A DNA stretch of 64,000 nt from Oscillospiraceae bacterium (GTDB taxonomy: Bacteria > Bacillota > Clostridia > Oscillospirales > CAG-272), in assembly GCA_015065455.1 (NCBI GenBank), contig SVQI01000004.1, positions 12,593 through 76,592 on the forward strand. Reading direction: 5' to 3'. The notes below the pieces were generated by a model. That model saw only the letters and a program-made list of their open reading frames with translations. It had not been told where the DNA came from and did no database searches. Every line of letters begins with the position of its first letter. Positions within the stretch are counted from its first letter, which is position 1. The position numbers and the translations under genes were made by a program. Positions 29,019-38,965 of the stretch are shown here, in pieces.

Positions 29019-30545
29019 ATGATGAATCCTAAGCTTAAAGAAAAAACCAAAGAATCGCTGACCGCCGTTCTTCCGATAACAGCAATAGTGCTACTGATAA
29101 GCGTGTTTCTTGTTCCTATGGAGCTTGGACATATAGTACTGTTTTTGTCGGGTGCTGTAATGCTTATATTCGGAATGGGACTGTTTCAGTTAGGAGCTGA
29201 GATGGCGATGAGTCCCTTAGGAGAAGGAATAGGCGTTCAGATTTCAAAATCGAAGAAAGTGTTGATAATACTTTTTATCGGTTTTATTATGGGTTTTATA
29301 ATTACTATATCCGAGCCCGACTTGCAGGTGTTGGCTGAGCAGGTTCCCGGCGTGCCGAACAGTGTGTTGATTTTGGCAGTAGCGGTGGGTGTAGGTGTAT
29401 TTCTTGCATTGTCAATCGCAAGAATAAGAGACCAGATAAGCTTATCGGCTATGTTAATTGTTTTTTATGTAGCGATGATTGGTTTATCCTTTTTGGTTCC
29501 AAAAAATTTCATAGCGGTTGCGTTTGACTCGGGCGGTGTAACAACAGGTCCTATGACAGTACCGTTTATTATGGCTATGGGTATTGGTCTTGCATCTGTT
29601 CGTGGTGATAAGAATGCAGACAGCGATAGCTTCGGTCTTGTAGCTTTATCGAGTATTGGTCCGATATTGGCTGTAATGGTACTCGGTTGCTTTTTTAAAC
29701 CGGGAGGCGCACAGTACAGCTTGACTGATATTCAAAGTGTTTCGACTACGAGGGATGTTGCAAACGTTTTTTTGCACGGTTTACCTGAATATGCTAAGGA
29801 AGTGTTAATATCTCTTCTTCCGGTGTTGGCTGTATTTGTTGTTTTTCAGATTGTATGCAGAAGATATCACGGAAAGCAGATACTGAAGATAGTTATCGGT
29901 TTAGGCTATACTTACACAGGACTTGTGCTGTTTTTGTGCGGTGTAAATTTAGGATTTGCGCCGGTTGGAGCCTTTCTTGGAGAAGAGCTTGCGTTGCTTG
30001 AATATAAATGGATTTTGGTTCCCATAGGCATGCTGATAGGTTACTATATAGTAAAGGCAGAGCCTGCAATACAGATTTTGAACCATCAGGTTCAGAGTGT
30101 TACGGATGGAGCTATATCCGTAAAGGCGATGAATTCATGTATGTCAATAGGTGTGTCGGTGAGTGTAGGACTTGCGATGTTGAGAGTGCTTACGGGAATT
30201 CCGATACAATATATAGTAATTCCGGGGTATATTCTTGCTCTTGTGATGTCCAAGTTCGTCCCCAAGATTTTTGTAGGTATTGCATTTGACTCGGGCGGCG
30301 TTGCCAGCGGACCGATGACCTCAACGTTTTTGATACCGCTAAGTATCGGCGTATGTCTTGCTGTTGGCGGAGATATAATGACAGATGCATTTGGCGTTGT
30401 TGCGTTGGTTGCTTTAACCCCGCTGATAGCTATACAGATTATGGGACTTGTATACAAATTCAAGACACAGAAGATCAATAAACAGGCAGACACTGTTGTT
30501 GTTCCTGAGGACAGTGATGAAATTATCGACTGGGAGGATGACTAA
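29019..30545 (+). CDS. DUF1538 membrane protein (two fused domains)
   Basis: AFDSGGVTTGP and AFDSGGVASGP repeats. Confidence 0.9.
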   Translation: MMNPKLKEKTKESLTAVLPITAIVLLISVFLVPMELGHIVLFLSGAVMLIFGMGLFQLGAEMAMSPLGEGIGVQISKSKKVLIILFIGFIMGFIITISEPDLQVLAEQVPGVPNSVLILAVAVGVGVFLALSIARIRDQISLSAMLIVFYVAMIGLSFLVPKNFIAVAFDSGGVTTGPMTVPFIMAMGIGLASVRGDKNADSDSFGLVALSSIGPILAVMVLGCFFKPGGAQYSLTDIQSVSTTRDVANVFLHGLPEYAKEVLISLLPVLAVFVVFQIVCRRYHGKQILKIVIGLGYTYTGLVLFLCGVNLGFAPVGAFLGEELALLEYKWILVPIGMLIGYYIVKAEPAIQILNHQVQSVTDGAISVKAMNSCMSIGVSVSVGLAMLRVLTGIPIQYIVIPGYILALVMSKFVPKIFVGIAFDSGGVASGPMTSTFLIPLSIGVCLAVGGDIMTDAFGVVALVALTPLIAIQIMGLVYKFKTQKINKQADTVVVPEDSDEIIDWEDD

Positions 30546-30548
30546 GAT

Positions 30549-31253
30549 ATGGTATGTGAAAAGAATCCGTCGGTTAGAGTATTGGTATTGATTACCACAG
30601 ATAAATTGGCAAAAAAAGCAGCAGATATATTTGATAACGCGCATATTCCGATACAATACGGCGCTATTGCGGAAGGTACGGCATCAAGCGAGATTTTGGA
30701 TATGCTTGGACTTGGAAGTACAGAGAAAAGATTGTTTATAAGTATGCTTCCGAAGATGGTTGCCGACAATATGCTGAGAAAACTTCACAATGAGCTTGGA
30801 ATGAATAACGTAAACAGCGGTATAGCGTTTACTATAGCGATGACGGGGGCTAATAACCTGTTGTTGCGTTTAATAACCAAGATTTCTGAGAATGAAGAGG
30901 GAGAAGCAGAAATAGAAAATATCGGAAAGGGAGATGACGTAGAGATGGAAGAAAAAAAGAGCGTTCTTATTGCAGCTGTAATGAACAGAGGCTTTAGCAG
31001 TGATGTTATGATTGCTGCGAGAGAAGCGGGCGCAAGAGGCGGAACGGTAGTTCATGCAAGACAGCTTATTAACGAGGAAACAGCAGGTTTCTGGGGTGTA
31101 AATATTAACGAGGAGAAGGAAATACTCCTTATCATATCTGATATCGAAAACAAGGTTAATATAATGAAAGCCATCAGCGACCGTTTTGGTATGCAGAGTG
31201 AAGCTAAAGGAAATGTAATATCTCTGCCCATTGATTGCGTAATGGGATTATAA
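30549..31253 (+). CDS. Tandem PII-like protein
   Basis: Two PII-like halves (GTASSEILDMLGL; AREAGARGGTV); usual partner of DUF1538. Confidence 0.8.
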   Translation: MVCEKNPSVRVLVLITTDKLAKKAADIFDNAHIPIQYGAIAEGTASSEILDMLGLGSTEKRLFISMLPKMVADNMLRKLHNELGMNNVNSGIAFTIAMTGANNLLLRLITKISENEEGEAEIENIGKGDDVEMEEKKSVLIAAVMNRGFSSDVMIAAREAGARGGTVVHARQLINEETAGFWGVNINEEKEILLIISDIENKVNIMKAISDRFGMQSEAKGNVISLPIDCVMGL

Positions 31254-31445
31254 AATACAGACAAATAAACCGTCCTAAAATTTAGGGCGGTTTATTATAT
31301 TTTTAAAAAGCTGTATGAAAAAAGTTTTTTGTTAAAAAAGGTTTGAAAAAACGCACATATGTGCTGCAAATAGTATCAGTGAAATAATGTATCATACACG
31401 AGTGGATATTTGTTGTGTATTAGGGCACAAAAATAGGAAAAACTA

Positions 31446-31474
31446 TTGACGGATTGCTGTAATATGTATATAAT
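31446..31474 (+). promoter_or_regulatory. Sigma-A promoter of the pot operon
   Basis: TTGACG-N17-TATAAT. Confidence 0.7.
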
Positions 31475-31480
31475 AATATA

Positions 31481-31828
31481 TTGTACACGAATAATAAAAT
31501 ATATAAACGATTTTTGCATCTGTGCCAACATTTTTGTCAAAAGCAAAGGTTTGACAAAATATATCATCGCCTTATAAATGATGGGTAAATTTTATATTTA
31601 CTTGAGGGTCAGATGTACATATCAGGGCAGTTCTTAACAAGAGCCGTGACTGACAAATGTGTCAGTTTGAGAAACCGAGTGCTGCAATTATGTTTAAGCT
31701 AAAATTGTTTTAGCGTATATATAGTTGTAACAAACTCTTTGCGGGGGCATCGGTTAGCCCGATATGGGGTTCGCGCAGAGCTTAACAGAAGCTGTACGCG
31801 GTCTTTACCGCAAAGGGGGATGCAAAAA
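31481..31828 (+). promoter_or_regulatory. Long structured leader of potABCD (candidate cis-regulatory RNA)
   Basis: Several perfect hairpins and an anti-RBS stem 31735-31744/31808-31817. Confidence 0.5.
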
Positions 31829-32950
31829 ATGAATTCTAAAAACATTATTGAACTTAAGAACATCACCGTAGAGTTTGATGGAGAAAAAGTGCTTGACGAT
31901 TTGAACTTGTCAATAAAGGACAAGGAATTTGTTACGCTTTTGGGGCAGTCCGGTTGTGGAAAAACCACTACACTCAGGATAATTGCCGGATTTATCCAAC
32001 CTCAGACGGGCGATGTTTTTTTTGACGGAAAGTCAGTAAAGGGAATACCGCCTTATCAGAGACCCGTCAACACCGTATTCCAGAGATACGCATTGTTTCC
32101 AAACTACAACGTATATGACAATATTGCATTCGGATTGCGCGTAAGCAAGGTTCCCGAAAAGGAAATTGAACAGAGAGTAAAGGAAATGCTTGCACTTGTA
32201 AATCTTCAAGGGTTTGAAAAGAGAAGTGTAGCGAAATTATCAGGTGGACAGCAGCAGAGAGTTGCTATTGCAAGAGCTGTTGTAAATCAGCCGAAGGTGT
32301 TGTTGCTTGACGAACCGTTGGCAGCACTTGACTTAAAGCTTCGTAAGGATATGCAGAACGAACTTAAGAACATTCAGAGAAAGCTCGGCATAACCTTTAT
32401 ATATGTAACACACGATCAGGAAGAAGCATTGTCTTTGTCCGATACTGTTGTTGTTATGCACGAGGGAAAAATACAGCAGATAGGAACACCTATTGATATA
32501 TATAACGAACCCGAAAATGCATTTGTTGCCGACTTTATAGGCGAGTCAAATATTATTGACGGCAATATGATAAGCGATTATAAGGTTTCGTTAGTTGGAA
32601 AGACTTTTGACTGCCTTGATAAAGGCTTTGAAGCGAACGAGCCTGTTGACGTTGTAATCAGACCAGAGGACGTGGATATTGTACCCGTTGAAAAGGGAAT
32701 GCTTGTAGGAGAGGTTACGTCTGTACTTTTCCGCGGTGTTCATTTTGAGATAATTATTGACGTTGCAGGATTCAAGTGGATGATTCAGACGACTGACGAA
32801 AGTAAGGTCGGAGATACTGTTGGTCTCTATATTGAGCCCGACGCTATTCACGTAATGAAGAAGTCAAAATATTCCGGTAAATACGGAGATTACAGCTCAT
32901 ACAGTGACGAAATGGATAAGATGAGTGAAATCGAAGAGGTAGACGAATGA
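31829..32950 (+). CDS. potA: Spermidine/putrescine ABC transporter ATPase
   Basis: [34 protein letters not shown]. Confidence 0.93.
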   Translation: MNSKNIIELKNITVEFDGEKVLDDLNLSIKDKEFVTLLGQSGCGKTTTLRIIAGFIQPQTGDVFFDGKSVKGIPPYQRPVNTVFQRYALFPNYNVYDNIAFGLRVSKVPEKEIEQRVKEMLALVNLQGFEKRSVAKLSGGQQQRVAIARAVVNQPKVLLLDEPLAALDLKLRKDMQNELKNIQRKLGITFIYVTHDQEEALSLSDTVVVMHEGKIQQIGTPIDIYNEPENAFVADFIGESNIIDGNMISDYKVSLVGKTFDCLDKGFEANEPVDVVIRPEDVDIVPVEKGMLVGEVTSVLFRGVHFEIIIDVAGFKWMIQTTDESKVGDTVGLYIEPDAIHVMKKSKYSGKYGDYSSYSDEMDKMSEIEEVDE

Positions 32951-33768
32951 ACAAGAAAAGACTTGGTTCAATTGCTTTGAATTCACCGTATACAGTGTGG
33001 TCGGTAATATTTATCGTTGTTCCGCTTTTTATAGTTGCATACTATGCCTTTACCGATAAGAGCGGCGCTTTTACTATTGATAATATAGTACAGCTGAAAG
33101 AGTATAAAGAGATATTCGGAATATCTATTTTGTATTCGGTGATAGCAACTTTGATTACGTTATTGATAAGCTATCCTTTTGCTTATTTTTTGAGCAGACA
33201 GAGTGAAATGTCAAGAAGACTTCAGATGATGCTTGTAATGCTTCCTATGTGGATGAATCTTCTTATAAGAACGTATTCGTGGATGAATATTCTTGAAAGA
33301 AACGGACTTATAAATAATTTCCTTGGGATGTTTGGCATAGAACCCATAAAGATGATAGGTACTCCGGGAGCCGTAATCTTCGGTATGGTGTATAATTATC
33401 TTCCATATATGATATTGCCGATATATACGGTAATGTCAAAGATAGAGCCCTCGTTGCTTGAAGCGGCAGAGGACCTGGGTTGCAACGGATTCAATAAGCT
33501 CAGAAGAGTTATAATGCCTCTCAGCTTACCCGGTGTTGTATCGGGAATAACAATGGTGTTCGTTCCGTCGGTCAGTACGTTTTACATCAGTCAGAAGCTC
33601 GGTGACGGAAAGATAACTCTTGTGGGTGATGCAATAGAAAGACAGATGCAGACGTCATATAACTATAACCTCGGCGCATCTATATCACTCGTTTTGATGG
33701 TGATGATTTTGATCAGTGTTGCTGTGATGAACAGATTTTCTGATGAAGATGGAGGTATGGTTGTATGA
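32947..33768 (+). CDS. potB: Spermidine/putrescine ABC permease
   Basis: LIRTYSW, EAAEDLG loop, operon position. Confidence 0.9.
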   Translation: MNKKRLGSIALNSPYTVWSVIFIVVPLFIVAYYAFTDKSGAFTIDNIVQLKEYKEIFGISILYSVIATLITLLISYPFAYFLSRQSEMSRRLQMMLVMLPMWMNLLIRTYSWMNILERNGLINNFLGMFGIEPIKMIGTPGAVIFGMVYNYLPYMILPIYTVMSKIEPSLLEAAEDLGCNGFNKLRRVIMPLSLPGVVSGITMVFVPSVSTFYISQKLGDGKITLVGDAIERQMQTSYNYNLGASISLVLMVMILISVAVMNRFSDEDGGMVV

Positions 33769-34574
33769 AAACGTTTGGAAAGATATTCAATTTCTGCGTT
33801 TATTTTCTGCTGTACGCGCCTCTGTTGATAATGGTGTTTTTTAGTTTTAACGAATCTAAGAGCACGTCTGTGTTTACAGGTTTTTCGTTAAAATGGTATA
33901 ACGAGCTTTTTTCAAAGAGCGACATAATGGAAGCTTTGAGGAATACTATCGTGTTAGCGGTAGCATCAGCTTTTATAGCTACGATACTCGGTACCGTTGC
34001 GGCAGTTGGATTATACAAGATGAGGAATAAGTATTTGTATAATACAATGAATACCGTAACCAATATACCTATGATGAATCCCGATATCGTAACGGGCGTA
34101 TCTTTAATGCTTTTGTTCGTATTTGCGGGCAAACTGCTCGGATTAAGCGAGTATCTGAACTTTTTTACACTTTTGATATCACATATAACGTTTAATATAC
34201 CGTACGTTATATTGAACGTATTACCCAAACTTCGTCAGACCGACGAGCATTTGTACGAGGCTGCGATGGATTTGGGATGTACTCCTATAAGAGCGTTCTT
34301 TAAGGTTGTAATGCCTGCGATAATGCCGGGTGTTATTTCGGGAGCGCTTATGTCGTTTACGTTGTCGCTTGACGATTTCGTAATAAGCTATTATACGACG
34401 GGAGCTGATTTTCAGACGTTGCCGCTCAAGATTTTTGCGATGACAAAGAAAACGGTAAAACCCGATATGTACGCGCTTTCCACACTTATATTTGTTACTA
34501 TTCTTGTATTGCTTATAGTAATAAATATTGTTCAGGAGAGATCGGAGAGAAAGTTAAAAGGTGATAATAAATGA
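33765..34574 (+). CDS. potC: Spermidine/putrescine ABC permease
   Basis: FSFN, PDIVTG, EAAMDLG, SLDDFVIS. Confidence 0.9.
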   Translation: MKTFGKIFNFCVYFLLYAPLLIMVFFSFNESKSTSVFTGFSLKWYNELFSKSDIMEALRNTIVLAVASAFIATILGTVAAVGLYKMRNKYLYNTMNTVTNIPMMNPDIVTGVSLMLLFVFAGKLLGLSEYLNFFTLLISHITFNIPYVILNVLPKLRQTDEHLYEAAMDLGCTPIRAFFKVVMPAIMPGVISGALMSFTLSLDDFVISYYTTGADFQTLPLKIFAMTKKTVKPDMYALSTLIFVTILVLLIVINIVQERSERKLKGDNK

Positions 34575-35683
34575 AGAAAATTACAGCACTGCTTCTTGCG
34601 GTTGTTATGATGGTTTCTATGTCTTGTCTTGCTTCATGCGGAAAGACCAACGATACAGTAAAGAACCTTGAGGGAACGTATAGCCGTGAATATGAGGGCA
34701 CGACTCTTAACGTGTTCAACTGGGGTGAATATATATCAGACGGAAGCGAAGGCTCGCTTGACGTTAATAAGGCTTTTGAAAAGATTACGGGAATAAAGGT
34801 TAATTACAGTCTTTATGAAAGCAACGAGGCAATGTATGCCAAGATGAAGAGCGAAGCCGTTTCATACGATATAGTTATTCCTTCGGATTATATGATCGAA
34901 AGACTTAAGAACGAAGATATGCTTCAGAAGATTGATAACACAAAGCTTTCAAACTACAAGTATATCGACGAAGAATATAAGGGCTTATATTTTGACGAAA
35001 ATAATGAATATTCCGTTCCTTACAGCGTAGGTATGGTAGGTCTTATTTATAATACGACTATGGTAAAAGAAGCGCCTACAAGCTGGAACGTAATGTGGGA
35101 TAAGAAATATAAAGAAAATATTCTTACTTTCAACAATCCCAGAGATGCTTTTGCGATATCTCAGTTTTTATTAGGAATTGATTTGAATACTACCGACAAG
35201 GCTGAATGGGATAAGGCTGCTGCAAAGCTGAAAGAACAGAATTCTGTTTTGCAGGGAAGAGTAATGGACCAGGTGTTTAATAAGATGGAAGGCGGAAATG
35301 CCGCTATCGCACCTTATTATGCAGGTGACTTTTTAACGATGCAGAGCAACAATGAAGATCTTGCATTTGTATATCCCAAAGAGGGAACGAATATTTTCGT
35401 AGATTCTATTTGTATTCCGAAAAATGCCAAGAATTATGAAGCAGCTATGATGTATATAAACTTTATGCTTGAGCCTGAGGTAGCGCTTGCAAATGCTGAG
35501 TATATTTGCTATGCATCGCCTAATACAGCTGTTGTTAATAACGAAGATTATTCTTTAAAGGATAATGAGATTCTTTATCCGGCTGAAGATAAGAAACCCA
35601 AGACACAGTATTTCCACGATCTTCCCTCTGAAATCCGCGGCTATTATGAAAAGCTTTGGGAAGAAATATTGATTGAATCATAA
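34571..35683 (+). CDS. potD: Spermidine/putrescine-binding lipoprotein
   Basis: Lipobox LASC, NWGEYI, SNEAM, PSDYM, PKEG. Confidence 0.92.
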   Translation: MKKITALLLAVVMMVSMSCLASCGKTNDTVKNLEGTYSREYEGTTLNVFNWGEYISDGSEGSLDVNKAFEKITGIKVNYSLYESNEAMYAKMKSEAVSYDIVIPSDYMIERLKNEDMLQKIDNTKLSNYKYIDEEYKGLYFDENNEYSVPYSVGMVGLIYNTTMVKEAPTSWNVMWDKKYKENILTFNNPRDAFAISQFLLGIDLNTTDKAEWDKAAAKLKEQNSVLQGRVMDQVFNKMEGGNAAIAPYYAGDFLTMQSNNEDLAFVYPKEGTNIFVDSICIPKNAKNYEAAMMYINFMLEPEVALANAEYICYASPNTAVVNNEDYSLKDNEILYPAEDKKPKTQYFHDLPSEIRGYYEKLWEEILIES

Positions 35684-35694
35684 TTATAAGATAA

Positions 35695-35724
35695 AAAAGA
35701 ACTTCTGTAAGGAAGTTCTTTTTT
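35695..35724 (+). terminator. Intrinsic terminator
   Basis: AAAAAGAACTTC-TGTAAG-GAAGTTCTTTTT. Confidence 0.8.
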
Positions 35725-35756
35725 AGTGCAATTGTCCCCTGTTTTGCTGAGGTCTG

Positions 35757-35786
35757 TCATATTTGATAAGCCTATAGCATAGATAT
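35757..35786 (+). promoter_or_regulatory. Sigma-E-type sporulation promoter of spoIVA
   Basis: TCATATT-N14-CATAGATAT fits the SigE consensus; spoIVA is SigE-dependent in Bacillus and Clostridium. Confidence 0.7.
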
Positions 35787-35821
35787 TACCAAAAGAAAAA
35801 ATCTGAAAGTGGGACAAAAAT

Positions 35822-37300
35822 ATGACAGATACGAGTATTTACAATGATATTGCGACTAGAACGGGCGGCGATATATATATAGGTGTGGTAGGACCTGTCA
35901 GAACGGGGAAATCCACATTTATAAGAAGATTTATGGAAACGGCAGTTTTGCCAAATATAAAAGAAGAATATGAAGCCGAGAGGGCGAGAGACGAGATGCC
36001 TCAAAGCGCGGCGGGCAAGACAGTTATGACGACAGAACCCAAATTTGTACCCGACGAGGCTGTATTAGTCAACGTAGGTAACAATGCAACTATGAAGGTT
36101 AAGATGGTTGATTGTGTTGGATATATAGTCCCCGAGGCGTTGGGGCATATAGAAAACGGAAGTCCCAGAATGGTGATGACCCCTTGGAGTGAAGAGCCTA
36201 TGCCATTTGGTGAGGCGGCAGAGATAGGTACAAGAAAGGTAATTAACGACCATTCGACAATCGGTGTGTTGGTAACGACAGACGGCACGGTTGGAGAAAT
36301 CGGGCGTAATTCGTATATTGAAGCAGAGGAAAGGGTCGCAGAGGAACTGCACAGAATAAATAAGCCGTTTGTGATTGTATTAAACTCTGCAAATCCCGAT
36401 TCAGCCGAGAGTGAGGCTTTGGCTTATGAGCTTGAGGAAAAGTATAAAGCTCCCGTTGCTTTGGTGAATTGTCTTGAGTTAAATAAAGCTGATATTGAAG
36501 GTATACTTGAGATGGTATTGCTTGAGTTTCCCGTAAGAGAAATTAACGTAAAACTGCCAACGTGGGTATATGCGCTTGATGATGACCACAGAATACGAAA
36601 GAGTCTGACGGACAGCGTTCTCGAATGTGCAAACGGAATATATAAGGCGGGAGATATACAAACCGCTTTTGAACCGTTAAAAGAAAATGAATATATAGCG
36701 TCTGTTAATCTGAGTGGAGTCGATTTGGGAAAGGGAAGCGCTTCTGTGATATCCGAGCTTAAGGATGACCTTTTCTACAAGACGGTAGGGGAGATGACTG
36801 AACTTGAGATAGAAAATGAAGAACAGTTGATTTCACAGATGATAGAATTGTCGAGGGTTAAGAAAGAGTATGAAAAGGTAGAACAGGCACTGATCGACGT
36901 TGAGGAAAAGGGGTACGGAATTGTAACTCCAAGACTTGAAGACCTGAAGCTTGAAGAACCCGAAATGACAAAACATCAAGGCTCGTACGGAGTTAAACTC
37001 AAGGCATCAGCTCCGTCGGTGCATATGATAAAGGCTACTATACAAACTGAATTGAACCCAATAGTAGGAACAGAACAGCAATCAGAAGAACTTGTAAAAT
37101 TTATGCTCCGTGAGTTTGAGGAAGACCCAAAGAAAATTTGGGAGTCAAATATGTTCGGAACAAGTTTATATGAATTGATAAATGAGGGACTTAACAGTAA
37201 ACTTGCACAGATACCGCACGAGGCAAGACTAAAGTTTGGCGATACTTTGCAGAAGCTTATAAACGAAGGCTCGGGTGGTTTAATCTGTATAATTCTGTAA
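35822..37300 (+). CDS. spoIVA: Stage IV sporulation protein A
   Basis: GVVGPVRTGKSTFI, MTTEPKF, C-terminal NEGSGGLICIIL; 492 aa. Confidence 0.97.
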   Translation: MTDTSIYNDIATRTGGDIYIGVVGPVRTGKSTFIRRFMETAVLPNIKEEYEAERARDEMPQSAAGKTVMTTEPKFVPDEAVLVNVGNNATMKVKMVDCVGYIVPEALGHIENGSPRMVMTPWSEEPMPFGEAAEIGTRKVINDHSTIGVLVTTDGTVGEIGRNSYIEAEERVAEELHRINKPFVIVLNSANPDSAESEALAYELEEKYKAPVALVNCLELNKADIEGILEMVLLEFPVREINVKLPTWVYALDDDHRIRKSLTDSVLECANGIYKAGDIQTAFEPLKENEYIASVNLSGVDLGKGSASVISELKDDLFYKTVGEMTELEIENEEQLISQMIELSRVKKEYEKVEQALIDVEEKGYGIVTPRLEDLKLEEPEMTKHQGSYGVKLKASAPSVHMIKATIQTELNPIVGTEQQSEELVKFMLREFEEDPKKIWESNMFGTSLYELINEGLNSKLAQIPHEARLKFGDTLQKLINEGSGGLICIIL

Positions 37301-37327
37301 ATATAAAGGGTATATCTCGGAGGGGTT

Positions 37328-37624
37328 ATGTTTGAACGCTGTTGTATTGCTGATTTAAGAAATAAAGAAGTGATAAACATATGCGACGGCAGACGGCTTG
37401 GTTGTGTTATAGACGTTGAATTTAACGTTTGTGACGGAAAGATATTGTCACTTATTGTTCCCGGCGATAACAAGGTAAGCTTATTCGGCAAGAGCGACGG
37501 AATGAACATTCCTTGGTGTAAGATAGATAAGATAGGTGACGATATAATATTGGTTAACGTTGGTGAACTTCCGTTTGGCGACGCCAATTGCTGTGATAAC
37601 AACAAAAAGAAAAAGTATTATTAA
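37328..37624 (+). CDS. YlmC/YmxH family PRC-barrel sporulation protein
   Basis: LRNKEVINICDGRRLG, IPWCKIDKIGDDIILV. Confidence 0.92.
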   Translation: MFERCCIADLRNKEVINICDGRRLGCVIDVEFNVCDGKILSLIVPGDNKVSLFGKSDGMNIPWCKIDKIGDDIILVNVGELPFGDANCCDNNKKKKYY

Positions 37625-37733
37625 AAAAAGTGGTATACAACATAGGTTATTAATGTTAATACTTTTTTGACGATTCAATATTTTTAGATTTATATACTTG
37701 TCTGCCCGTTGTTATTAGAAGTTTTGAGGGAGT

Positions 37734-37793
37734 CAAGAGGGTGTCTTTTTCAAAAACGCCCTCTTGTCGTGGGTTCGGGAGTGAAACTCCTGA
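37734..37793. repeat. GC-rich double-hairpin intergenic element (REP-like)
   Basis: CAAGAGGGTGT...ACGCCCTCTTG then TCGGGAGT-GAA-ACTCCTGA. Confidence 0.4.
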
Positions 37794-37814
37794 CATAATG
37801 TGCTTCATTCAACT

Positions 37815-37843
37815 AAAAAAGAGCTGTTTTAACAGCTCTTTTT
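37815..37843. terminator. Bidirectional terminator
   Basis: AAAAAAGAGCTGTT-TT-AACAGCTCTTTTT. Confidence 0.8.
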
Positions 37844-38799
37844 TAGTTGAATTCTTTGAGAAAATATATATTATTCTTTTTTACTTCAAACGATTTGCCT
37901 TTGAGATAGGAAAGAATTCCCGATTCCGTTGTGAAATCAAAAGCAATTTTATAAGAATAGAGTGCTTGGGATTTATATCCCGATTTTCTGTCGTCTTTGT
38001 TGATTCCGTACTTGCCGTCTCCAAGAAGAGGGTGGCCGATGTAAGAAAATTGCGCTCTGATTTGATGTGTACGACCTGTCATAAGTTCGGCTTCTACAAG
38101 GGATAAATTGTTTTTTTCTTCAATAACCCTGTATTTTGTTTCAGCGGTTTTAGATCCTTTTACTTGTTTTTCGTATACTTTTACAGTGTTTGTATTTTCG
38201 TCTTTAAGAATAAAGTTTTTTAAGATACCCGTAGGTTTGCTAAGTCTTCCGTGGACAGCGAGAAGATATTTTTTGGTAATTTCTCTGTCTTTGATTTTTT
38301 GATTTAAAATACGTAAAGTTTCCGCATTCTTTGCCGCAATAACGATTCCACCGGTATTTCTGTCTATTCTGTTACACAGAGCAGGTGCAAAGGAGTATTC
38401 GTTTTCGGGATCGTACTCTCCTTTGTGGTAAAGATATGATTTTATATGATTTATAAGCGTATTCGTATCTTCTTTTGAGTCGGAATGAACGATAAGTCCC
38501 GAGCGCTTATCTGCAAGCAGTATGTTTTTATCCTCATAGACTACGTCAAGGTTTGCTTTTAGCTGTGTAAACGGTTCTTTGACAGAGGCTTTTTCAAAAA
38601 ATTCTTCGGCAATAAAAAGTTCAACTGTATCGCCGTTTTGCAATATATATTTAGGCTCGGTTCTCTTGCGGTTAACTTTTATTTTTTTAGTTCTTATCTG
38701 CTTATACATAAGGGACGTGGGGAGAGTTTTAAGCGTTTTATTTAAAAATTTATCCAGTCTCTGTCCCGCGTCGTTTTCTTTTATTATAAGTGTCCGCAT
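37843..38799 (-). CDS. RluA-family pseudouridine synthase
   Basis: S4 domain (QRLDKFL), NRIDRNTGG, TGRTHQIR. Confidence 0.93.
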   Translation of the reverse strand: MRTLIIKENDAGQRLDKFLNKTLKTLPTSLMYKQIRTKKIKVNRKRTEPKYILQNGDTVELFIAEEFFEKASVKEPFTQLKANLDVVYEDKNILLADKRSGLIVHSDSKEDTNTLINHIKSYLYHKGEYDPENEYSFAPALCNRIDRNTGGIVIAAKNAETLRILNQKIKDREITKKYLLAVHGRLSKPTGILKNFILKDENTNTVKVYEKQVKGSKTAETKYRVIEEKNNLSLVEAELMTGRTHQIRAQFSYIGHPLLGDGKYGINKDDRKSGYKSQALYSYKIAFDFTTESGILSYLKGKSFEVKKNNIYFLKEFN

Positions 38800-38965
38800 T
38801 TTTCGGTTTCCTTCTTTGTTTTTTTATGAGAATATCAAGTTAATTATACATATTATGAGGAAAAATTGCAAGAAAAAAATAAATATAAAAAAATTTGCAG
38901 ATATCTGTTTACAGAAGCAAGAAAAAATGTTAAAATATATTGATTAAGTATATGCGGAGATAATA

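Noticed and set aside
31739-31828. N-terminal extension of PotA from the ORF track
   Set aside because: Best SD precedes ATG 31829; the extension covers the structured leader and does not look like PotA
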